Shown here in pieces: positions 17,150 to 24,307 of a stretch of DNA of 24,307 nucleotides. The notes beneath the pieces are model-generated. The model was not told where the DNA came from. It searched no databases and saw only the letters and a program-made list of their open reading frames with translations. The stretch covers positions 1 to 24,307 of the IMG/VR virus record IMGVR_UViG_3300048121_000534; one strand, 5' to 3'. Every line of letters starts with the position of its first letter. Within the stretch, counting starts at the first letter, position 1. The translations under genes and the position numbers were made by a program. Source of the stretch: a virus. Its lineage: Duplodnaviria; Caudoviricetes.

Positions 17150-19575
17150 TATAAAATTCTATCTCTGTTTTTATTTGCTCTTTGCAATGCAACCACTAAA
17201 TCTTGACCTTTTAATGCAAATTGACCACTTACATTAACCTGAGATTGATTCCTTTCGCCAATCATGTTTTTAAGTTTGTCTAAAGGTGCCACCACCTCAG
17301 GGTTAGATTTGGCTCCTGGATACTCTCCGAAAAGTCCCATTGTTGGAGTACTTACAATCCCACCTTTTGCAAATTTTTTAGGTTTTTCAATTTTACTAAA
17401 TGAACCCTTTACAGCAACAGCAGCAGCGGCAAGTAAAGCCGGTAAAACAAATGCAGCAAGCGGTCCCATTGATTTAGCTGTATTACCAGCCGCCTCAGCA
17501 CCAAATCCCATTGTTGTAGCTAATGATGCACCAAGTGATGTCATTGCGGTTTGTATTAAAGTACCGGCAAAAGTTCCTAATGCACTCTCACCAGCTCCTA
17601 GTGATTGTGCTATTGAAGATCCCATACTAGAAAATGTCCCTTTTATAGCATCTCCCATTTGCAAGCCAATTTCTTTAAACTTTTCCATTTTTTCTTGTTG
17701 CTCTAAAACACTAGCTGTTAATGTAGCGCCCATTGCATTAAGTGCGGTATCAAAAGCCGGTTTATTTGCTGTCATTGATTCAGTTAACATTGTAACCGGA
17801 TCTTTAACCATGCTCATGTCAATACCTATTCCGCCAAGTTTCATTGGCTTATTATCTTTTTGTTTTTGACCTTGACTTTCACCACCGATACCCATACTGC
17901 CTAAAATACCTTGTAATTTACCTTTAATAAAAGAACCAGCATCAGTCAATGCTGTATTTAAACTTTCAACTGTTGCATGACTTAATTGATTGTCTAATGC
18001 CTCTTGATAATCCTTAGCAAATGTGTCAGCAATATCTTCACCAGCTTTTGCACTTATTTTTTCCCCATTTTCAAACCCCTCTTTTAATATTTCTTTGAAA
18101 CTTCCATCCATCCCCTTTTCAGAAAACTCTTTAACAAGTTTCCAAAATGTTGAAAAAGCATTAGTCAATCTATCAACTTGTGCTTGAGCAATTATAAATA
18201 CACTTTTAAATGTAGATTTTAAAGCTCCTATAACAACTCTCAGTAGTGTTGTAGAATTATATAAATCAACAAATCTATTATATAAACCAACTAAAACTGG
18301 TGCAACCTCTGCCCAGTTAGTAGCAATTATATATGCAATACCAGCTAAACCAGCAGCAATAGCACCTATTGGAGACATTAAAGTTCCAAGAACAGTTACT
18401 AATGTGCCAAACAAACTTAGTAAAGTAGGCAATGCAATAACTAAAGCTCCAACCCCTAATATTATATTTTGTGTTGATGAATCTAAATTTGTAAATGATT
18501 TGAAAAGATTTGAAATAACACCAGTAATTTTTTGTATTGCTGGTAATAATGCTGTAAGTAAAACAGCGCCCATCTCAGAAAATGATTCTCTAGCACCATT
18601 TAATGCTTTTTTTAATCTGAATGATGCACTTTTTGCAGTTTCATCAAATGCTTTTTTTGTTGCACCCTGAGATGCATTTAATTCATCAAATATTTCTTTT
18701 GTTGTAGCAGCGCCAGCACCAGTCAAATCTAAAACACCTCTTAAAGCTCTAATGTTCGGAAATACCCTAGCGGCAGCATCACCATTTTTATCAAATTCTG
18801 TTTTTAGAGTTTCTAAAACACTTAATAAACCCTCATCTTTTATTTGTTTTTTCAAACCACCGCTTGACAATCCCATTTCAGCTAACGCTTCCTCAGCTTG
18901 TTTTGTCGGTTTTAGTAAACCAGATAAAATACTATTTAATTGTGTTGCACCTTGTGCTGCATTAGTACCGGTTCTAGACATGGCTGCCATAGCAGCACCA
19001 ACTTCATTAAAGCTAACCCCCATATTAGATGCAACCGGCAACACTTGGCCCATTGAAGATGCTAAATCTTCACTATTTAATTTACCCTCTCTAACCGCAG
19101 CAGTAAGAACATCTGTTGCATCTGTTGCTGAAAGTGTATCTGATCCATAGGCGTTCATTGCAGATGTTGCTAAATCAGCGACTTGTGAGACATCCCCTAA
19201 GCCAGATGCGCTAGCTTTTAAAGATGCATTTAAAACACTCATTGCCTCAGCACCCTCTAAACCAGCTGATGTTATATAAAATAAAGCATCTCCAGCTTGT
19301 TGGCTACTGATTCCAGTTTCTTTTGCCATTTCCCTGGCTTGTTTGCCCATTTTATCTACATCTTTAGCGGCCAAACCAACTAAAGATTTTATTTTAGTCA
19401 TTGACTTATCAAAGTCAGCTCCCATTTTAATTGCAGCACCGCCAGCTAATGCAAGTGGCAAACTAAATTTTTGCATACTAGCACCAACAGATTTCATTTT
19501 ACTGCCAAATTGTTTTAATTTGCCTTGCGCTTGTTTAAACCCAGTTAGCTGTAAATCTAATCTTAACTTTGCCAT
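17149..19575 (-). CDS. Tail tape measure protein (TP901-like core)
   Basis: Ala/Gly-rich helical 808 aa protein; FDKSMTKIKSL, ALFYITSAG, C-terminal FAKGGIVSTPTMGLFGEYPGA...PEVVAPL. Confidence 0.95.
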   Translation of the reverse strand: MAKLRLDLQLTGFKQAQGKLKQFGSKMKSVGASMQKFSLPLALAGGAAIKMGADFDKSMTKIKSLVGLAAKDVDKMGKQAREMAKETGISSQQAGDALFYITSAGLEGAEAMSVLNASLKASASGLGDVSQVADLATSAMNAYGSDTLSATDATDVLTAAVREGKLNSEDLASSMGQVLPVASNMGVSFNEVGAAMAAMSRTGTNAAQGATQLNSILSGLLKPTKQAEEALAEMGLSSGGLKKQIKDEGLLSVLETLKTEFDKNGDAAARVFPNIRALRGVLDLTGAGAATTKEIFDELNASQGATKKAFDETAKSASFRLKKALNGARESFSEMGAVLLTALLPAIQKITGVISNLFKSFTNLDSSTQNIILGVGALVIALPTLLSLFGTLVTVLGTLMSPIGAIAAGLAGIAYIIATNWAEVAPVLVGLYNRFVDLYNSTTLLRVVIGALKSTFKSVFIIAQAQVDRLTNAFSTFWKLVKEFSEKGMDGSFKEILKEGFENGEKISAKAGEDIADTFAKDYQEALDNQLSHATVESLNTALTDAGSFIKGKLQGILGSMGIGGESQGQKQKDNKPMKLGGIGIDMSMVKDPVTMLTESMTANKPAFDTALNAMGATLTASVLEQQEKMEKFKEIGLQMGDAIKGTFSSMGSSIAQSLGAGESALGTFAGTLIQTAMTSLGASLATTMGFGAEAAGNTAKSMGPLAAFVLPALLAAAAVAVKGSFSKIEKPKKFAKGGIVSTPTMGLFGEYPGAKSNPEVVAPLDKLKNMIGERNQSQVNVSGQFALKGQDLVVALQRANKNRDRIL

Positions 19576-19605
19576 GAATTATTTTTTATCAAAAATACAA
19601 AAAAT

Positions 19606-19953
19606 CTAGCCACTCTTTTTTTTAGCTTCTAGTTTGTCTAATCGTTTTTTAAATTTTAAATATTGTTCTTTTGTTGACTTTGGTTTTCCCTTTGCTAAAT
19701 AAACATCCTGGGGTAATGGGAAAAGTTTATCTGGTGTAATCATTTGAGCTTTTTTGTTACAATTTACATTGTAAACCATTGCGGCTAAATATCTAGTTTG
19801 TTCCCATTGCATATTAGATTTAATCATATGAGATTCGCCCATCAAATGATTTTCTTTCCAAGTGTTTTTCCAAAATGTATCTGGTATAATCCCAGCTTGA
19901 CCAATATAAAAATCTAGTAAGCTATCCCAAGTCAGCTGGGTTGTTACTTTCCC
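19606..19953 (-). CDS. Frameshift-extended part (T) of tail assembly chaperone GT
   Basis: The -1 frame is open from the slippery site: GKVTTQLTWDSLLDFYIGQAGIIPDTFWKNTWKE...WEQTRYLAA...PDKLFPLPQD, in frame with ORF 19606-19845. Confidence 0.85.
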   Translation of the reverse strand, partial: GKVTTQLTWDSLLDFYIGQAGIIPDTFWKNTWKENHLMGESHMIKSNMQWEQTRYLAAMVYNVNCNKKAQMITPDKLFPLPQDVYLAKGKPKSTKEQYLKFKKRLDKLEAKKKSG

Positions 19954-20330
19954 TCTTTAGTAGGTTTTGTAGTTTTTTTTATATTTCTAGACACTCCCAT
20001 ATTAAGATCATTGCCTAATATTCTAGATTCCATCATTGATTCAACAACATCATTTAATTTTTCAGCATCAAAATCCTCAAGCCACATACCAACTTTAAAT
20101 TCATTGTAATCAATATCATTGCCTTGTTCTTGATCGTGTGCCAATAAACCAGAATATATTAAAGATCTAATGCCTTTTATTGATATACCGCCATTAAATA
20201 CATCTCCAATTTTATCTAGAGACACATCCATTTGCTCAGTAAAGTTTGACCAGAAATTCATTGAAAAATGCATTGTTCGCATTTTGCCGCCTATTTTTAA
20301 GGTATAGTAACCTCTTTTTTTGTTTGCCAT
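19944..20330 (-). CDS. Tail assembly chaperone G
   Basis: Lies between tail tube and TMP; ends ...GAG GGA AAG TAA; start moved to ATG 20330 (MANKKRG). Confidence 0.85.
   Translation of the reverse strand: MANKKRGYYTLKIGGKMRTMHFSMNFWSNFTEQMDVSLDKIGDVFNGGISIKGIRSLIYSGLLAHDQEQGNDIDYNEFKVGMWLEDFDAEKLNDVVESMMESRILGNDLNMGVSRNIKKTTKPTKEGK
19947..19953 (-). other. -1 ribosomal frameshift site G GGA AAG
   Basis: Same heptamer as lambda G/GT, immediately before the G stop codon. Confidence 0.88.
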
Positions 20331-20345
20331 ATTTATATATTTATA

Positions 20346-20373
20346 GGGGTATAGTTTCCTCAAGCCATACCCC
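20346..20373 (-). promoter_or_regulatory. Stem-loop between the tail tube and chaperone genes
   Basis: GGGGTATGG-N10-CTATACCCC with no U tract on the coding strand. Confidence 0.55.
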
Positions 20374-20401
20374 TTTTAAGTTATATCTTAATCAACTAAT
20401 C

Positions 20402-20827
20402 TTAGTTAGTTTTTGTGATAGTTCCAGTTGTTGTAATTGAACCGCTATAAGTTGCTGGTGATTCCATTTCAGCACTCATTTCAATAGAACTAATAAATCC
20501 AGATCCAGAAAATATAGGATCAGTACTATCAGCAGTTGCAAAACTCCAAGTAACTGATCTTCTATTAATCAAAACATCACTTATATCAGCAGCGTTTGCA
20601 TCATCATCATAAGCAACTAACCCCTCAAAACTAAGCTCACCACTAATCACACCAGCGATAACTTCTTGAAATCCGCTTGAATCTTTAGTTGTTGCCTCAG
20701 GTAAATCATTTGAAAGTGATAATGTACAAGATGTTGAATGTCCAACAGCAGTTGCCGCTGCAATTGATGTTCCATCATGAATTTTTAAAATTAAGTCAGT
20801 ACCATTAAATACTCCAGTTGTAGCCAT
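20402..20827 (-). CDS. Major tail tube protein
   Basis: GVFNGTDL, VGHSTSCTLSLSNDLPEATTKDS, SGELSFEGL, FSGSGFISSIE, ATYSGSITTTG. Confidence 0.85.
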   Translation of the reverse strand: MATTGVFNGTDLILKIHDGTSIAAATAVGHSTSCTLSLSNDLPEATTKDSSGFQEVIAGVISGELSFEGLVAYDDDANAADISDVLINRRSVTWSFATADSTDPIFSGSGFISSIEMSAEMESPATYSGSITTTGTITKTN

Positions 20828-20857
20828 TTATATTTTTTTTAAATTATTAATCTTTAA

Positions 20858-20865
20858 CAAATATA
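20858..20865 (-). promoter_or_regulatory. -7 element TATATTTG upstream of the major tail tube gene
   Basis: TAnnTTTG in the intergenic gap, preceded by TTTG. Confidence 0.5.
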
Positions 20866-20877
20866 CAAATAAAAAAA

Positions 20878-21345
20878 TTATACATCTTCCCAGTTATCTG
20901 CTATATCTTCCCACTTAGCAAAGACATTATCCCAAGTCAAACCTTGACTCGGATCTGTTATTGTAAACACTCCAGTCAAGTTAATTTCTAAATTAAAACT
21001 AGTAGCGTTTTCAAACTCAGCAGTTTCATCAACTGATTGGACAAACCCCTCACCTCTAAGTAAAAATTTATTGTTAGCAATATCTTTAAAATAAAATACT
21101 GCCTTTTCCTTAGTTATAACCATTTCAGATAGTTGGCTAAAACTTAATGAATCGGAATAATCAGTTAAACAATCACAACTAATAGTGCCACTTTTAACCC
21201 CAGTTATAACCTCTTGGAAACCATTACTTTCTTTATTAGTTGCATCTGGTAAATCTACATTGACATTAAAGCTAGTGCTTCTTGAATGGCCAATAACTGT
21301 TGTATCTTTTAAAAGTAAAAAGCTACTGGCATTTATAACTGGCAT
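20878..21345 (-). CDS. Second tail-tube-fold protein (paralog) with a Trp/acidic tail
   Basis: IGHSRSTSFNVNVDLPDATNKESNGFQEVITGVKSG aligns by eye with the 20402 gene. Confidence 0.8.
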   Translation of the reverse strand: MPVINASSFLLLKDTTVIGHSRSTSFNVNVDLPDATNKESNGFQEVITGVKSGTISCDCLTDYSDSLSFSQLSEMVITKEKAVFYFKDIANNKFLLRGEGFVQSVDETAEFENATSFNLEINLTGVFTITDPSQGLTWDNVFAKWEDIADNWEDV

Positions 21346-21346
21346 T

Positions 21347-21583
21347 TTATTCCTCTATTGGTGTGATTTCGCCAGTATCAATATTTAAAGAACCTTTGCC
21401 ATGTTTTTCCTCAATCGATTTCATTAACTCTTGTTGTTCTTTAGTTGCCTCACTAAATGCATCAACAAGTTTGTCTAATGAATGATATGCAATATATCTT
21501 AAACCAATTTCAGTTGCAATTTGATTTGGTTTAGCTATTGATTCTTTTAATTCTTTTAATTCTTTTTCTTCTAGTTTGCTCAT
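21347..21583 (-). CDS. Small coiled-coil hypothetical protein (fibre-associated)
   Basis: 78 aa; ends IEEKHGKGSLNIDTGEI. Confidence 0.7.
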   Translation of the reverse strand: MSKLEEKELKELKESIAKPNQIATEIGLRYIAYHSLDKLVDAFSEATKEQQELMKSIEEKHGKGSLNIDTGEITPIEE

Positions 21584-21607
21584 TTTATATTTATTTAGTA
21601 TTAATTT

Positions 21608-21943
21608 TTATACTGGATCATTCCAGTTTGGATATAAAATCTCATTAACTGGATTTTTCTTTTGATATAATAACTCATCAACATCTTTTTTTAATTGCTC
21701 TATATTAACTGTTGATTCTAACCAGCCAACAACAATTTCTTTAGTTAAATCCTCGTAAGGTATAAATGGATTTTCTGGATTATATTCAATATGTTGTACG
21801 CCAACTTGTCTAGCACTTGTTGGGTTTGACTCACCATCAGATGCTATATAAACAAATATTATTTCATAGATAACATTTTGATTATCACCCTCTTGTATTT
21901 TAGCATTAAATTGTGAAATTTCCCAAGAATAAGTATTTGCCAT
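21608..21943 (-). CDS. Hypothetical protein (fibre-associated)
   Basis: MANTYSWEI...FIPYEDLTKEIVVGWLE, a type often seen beside phage fibre genes. Confidence 0.7.
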   Translation of the reverse strand: MANTYSWEISQFNAKIQEGDNQNVIYEIIFVYIASDGESNPTSARQVGVQHIEYNPENPFIPYEDLTKEIVVGWLESTVNIEQLKKDVDELLYQKKNPVNEILYPNWNDPV

Positions 21944-21973
21944 AATTTATTTTTTACAAATTTAGTAATTATT

Positions 21974-22498
21974 TTAACAATCATCAACCTCAATTATTAA
22001 TCCATTATTGCCAACACGAATATATGAACCACTTGGCGAACCGCCAGTTGTGTATATAGCATAATAACCAGCCGCAGCAACAGTTGTTCCAGTTTGTGTT
22101 GTATATGCAGTATAAATATTTATAGCATCTGGCACTAAATTATTTGCATCATCATGATAATATGTATCAAAAGGAATTGCAAAAGCACAAGCATTACTAC
22201 TAGATGAGCTGTTATAATTAAACATAAATGCAGTTCTTGGTGGGTTTTGATCGTATGAACTAAATTCAGACATAGCTAAAGGATTTTCACCATCTGGTCG
22301 GTTTTCAACTGGATTTGCTAATGCAACTGCTGGATAGCTTCGACCAGAGCCACTTGTATTACCACCAGATAATCTTTGTATATCTGACATATATATTGGT
22401 GGTGCTATATAAAAGTTTGATGTATAACCAGCACCAGTTCTTTCTCTAGCTACTTTTAACATTGACAATTCATCATCTGCAATACTTGGACAAGGCAT
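21974..22498 (-). CDS. Putative virion/tail-fibre accessory protein
   Basis: 174 aa, rich in G/S/T/Y/A, directly after the fibre gene. Confidence 0.65.
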   Translation of the reverse strand: MPCPSIADDELSMLKVARERTGAGYTSNFYIAPPIYMSDIQRLSGGNTSGSGRSYPAVALANPVENRPDGENPLAMSEFSSYDQNPPRTAFMFNYNSSSSSNACAFAIPFDTYYHDDANNLVPDAINIYTAYTTQTGTTVAAAGYYAIYTTGGSPSGSYIRVGNNGLIIEVDDC

Positions 22499-22501
22499 AT
22501 T

Positions 22502-24307
22502 TTATCTTTTTAATTGTTTTATTTCTTGTTTTAAGCTATCAACCTCTGCTTTTAATTCTTTTATAGCTTCTATAAATACCCCAGCCATGTTTCCATAAGC
22601 AACCGAGTATTTACCCTCATCATCTTTAAAAACAACCTCTGGTAACACCTCTAAAACTTCCTGAGCAATAACACCAATTTTAGTTGATTTATCTTCAATG
22701 TCTTTTCTTGTGTATGTAACACCTCTTAACTTAGTAACCTTTTCTAAAGCGTTATTAACAGTGATAATATTTTCTTTGACTCTCCTATCTGAATAAGCTA
22801 TTACATCAGCTGATGCTCTAATAGTACCATTAACATCTAATCTATAACTAGAGTTTGGTGTAACACCAACTCCTAATCTTCCAGCAACACGCATCCATTC
22901 CGCTGTTCTAGGACCATACATAACTAATGAGCCATTATCAACACCATTATGTCCCCACATACCCCATTCACCATTTCCTATTTGTGTTAATAAGCCATTA
23001 ACACCACTTGGTAAAGATGTACCACCACCTCTATAACCAAGTGACATTCCATAAGCATTTTTTGCTCCAGTTGTTGAATTGTGTTCAGCAAAGAATATTC
23101 TACTAGAACCCTCGCCATCAGTACCAGTATTGCCCTCAATAGTACAGAATCTTCCATTTACATTTGCTCCATTGCCAGGGATTCCAAAATTCATTGTGCC
23201 ACCCTTAACTAAAACAGATTCATTAACCCCATTATTTAACTCTATATTACCACCATTGTCAATTTGTAAACCGACTAAATCCGCAGTATTTCTAAATTCA
23301 AAAGCACCAACACTTGTCATTTGTATTTTAGGGTGACCAGATGATGCACTTGTATTAAAAGATATATAACTGTTATTAGTTAAATGTATATTGCCATTAA
23401 CTTGTAATGCCTCAGCACCACTAGCTCCTTTTATGCCAACATTTCCAGTACTTCTAGCAATTTGTAATGAAACAACACCAGTATAGCTATTGTTATGAGA
23501 TGTTATTTGAAATGTATTATCAATATTACCCCTATTCATTAACTTAAACCCGTAATTCATATTTCCGCCAACAAGTGTTTCCGCCAATTCAAGTGCTGAA
23601 CTTTGATTTCCACCAACACCGCCAATTCTTGCAGTTGTAGATGTGCCATAAGCACCAATATTAGGGTTTTGTACACTAAATGATATATTTGGACCAGGAC
23701 CAGCAACATTAACACCAACAGAACCATTTGAATTTACTGTAAACCTTTTTACATCTGTTCTTGATGCCGCTTGTAATATTCTAGTTTGTACTGATGCCTC
23801 ACCAGCTCTTATCAATACGCCTTGGCCACTTGTTGAGGAATTATATATCCTTGATATTAAACCAGCTTCTGATTTTTGAACAGTAAAAGGATAAGTAACA
23901 ACACTATCACCAATTCCAAAATTACCACCATTAAAATAAGTATCACCATAACTTCTAATCAAAAAACCACCGCCACCAACACCTTTAACAACACCACCAC
24001 TTGAATTAGCTTCAAATCTAGCATAATGTGTTGAATTGTATTCAGACATAACTATATTATCTGCTGTACCAGATGCCTTTATAATGTGATTATTAGCTGT
24101 TATGTTAGTATAAAAAGTAGAATCATTTTCATTAATAATTAATCTGTTATTCCCATTATGTGCTGCTCTAACTCCAAATACCAAACTCGCACCAGCTGCT
24201 GTATTACCATTTGTAATATATACATTACCAGCTCTGTTACCCATTATTCCATAGCCAGTTACTCTTAATTGATCATCTGTTCCAGTTACATTACCAGCCG
24301 CATCAAC
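22502..24307 (-). CDS. Tail fibre/spike with C-terminal intramolecular chaperone (peptidase S74); 5' end is outside the window
   Basis: GNVGI/GSVGV/GRLGVG repeats, YSDRRVKENI, IGVIAQEV and a terminal coiled coil; frame stays open to base 24307. Confidence 0.92.
   Translation of the reverse strand, partial: VDAAGNVTGTDDQLRVTGYGIMGNRAGNVYITNGNTAAGASLVFGVRAAHNGNNRLIINENDSTFYTNITANNHIIKASGTADNIVMSEYNSTHYARFEANSSGGVVKGVGGGGFLIRSYGDTYFNGGNFGIGDSVVTYPFTVQKSEAGLISRIYNSSTSGQGVLIRAGEASVQTRILQAASRTDVKRFTVNSNGSVGVNVAGPGPNISFSVQNPNIGAYGTSTTARIGGVGGNQSSALELAETLVGGNMNYGFKLMNRGNIDNTFQITSHNNSYTGVVSLQIARSTGNVGIKGASGAEALQVNGNIHLTNNSYISFNTSASSGHPKIQMTSVGAFEFRNTADLVGLQIDNGGNIELNNGVNESVLVKGGTMNFGIPGNGANVNGRFCTIEGNTGTDGEGSSRIFFAEHNSTTGAKNAYGMSLGYRGGGTSLPSGVNGLLTQIGNGEWGMWGHNGVDNGSLVMYGPRTAEWMRVAGRLGVGVTPNSSYRLDVNGTIRASADVIAYSDRRVKENIITVNNALEKVTKLRGVTYTRKDIEDKSTKIGVIAQEVLEVLPEVVFKDDEGKYSVAYGNMAGVFIEAIKELKAEVDSLKQEIKQLKR

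Noticed and set aside
20246-20440. + strand 64 aa ORF spanning the tube/chaperone gap
   Set aside because: It overlaps two real genes and a hairpin and has no protein-like features
2818-23336. All + strand ORFs in the track (e.g. 17264-17869, 18752-19150, 6054-6347)
   Set aside because: They are antisense shadows of well-supported minus-strand genes, with skewed S/P/F/L composition and no motifs or expression signals
22502-24307. Diversity-generating retroelement target in the fibre gene
   Set aside because: No reverse transcriptase or template/variable repeat pair is visible in the window
1-24307. tRNA genes, introns, inteins or stop-codon reassignment
   Set aside because: Intergenic gaps are short and explained by promoters and terminators; terL, helicase and portal are uninterrupted under the standard code

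Overview
This window is about 24 kb of an AT-rich tailed dsDNA phage with a long non-contractile tail (siphovirus-like). All credible genes are on the minus strand. The host is probably Bacteroidota/Flavobacteria, inferred from TAnnTTTG promoters and A-rich starts without Shine-Dalgarno sequences. In transcription order (high to low coordinates) it carries: a partial tail fibre with an S74 chaperone, small virion genes, two paralogous tail-tube genes, tail chaperones G/GT with a GGGAAAG -1 frameshift, the tape measure protein, a tail-tip protein and a terminator. Next come recombination and replication genes (SSAP, SSB-like, RecE-like exonuclease, stand-alone DnaA-CTD protein, VRR-NUC, an initiator containing a 3-iteron origin, primase-helicase). 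Then comes a DNA-modification cluster (C5-cytosine MTase with a nested out-of-frame gene, Nmad1/MazG-like protein, ParB, TET/JBP-type dioxygenase), an autonomous two-gene cassette, TerS, TerL, a portal with an extra C-terminal domain and a MuF head protein. The most notable observations are the MTase/nested subunit/ParB/TET module next to the terminase and a strong window-wide avoidance of GAAGG/CCTTC. All assignments come from motif recognition by eye; no database searches were run.
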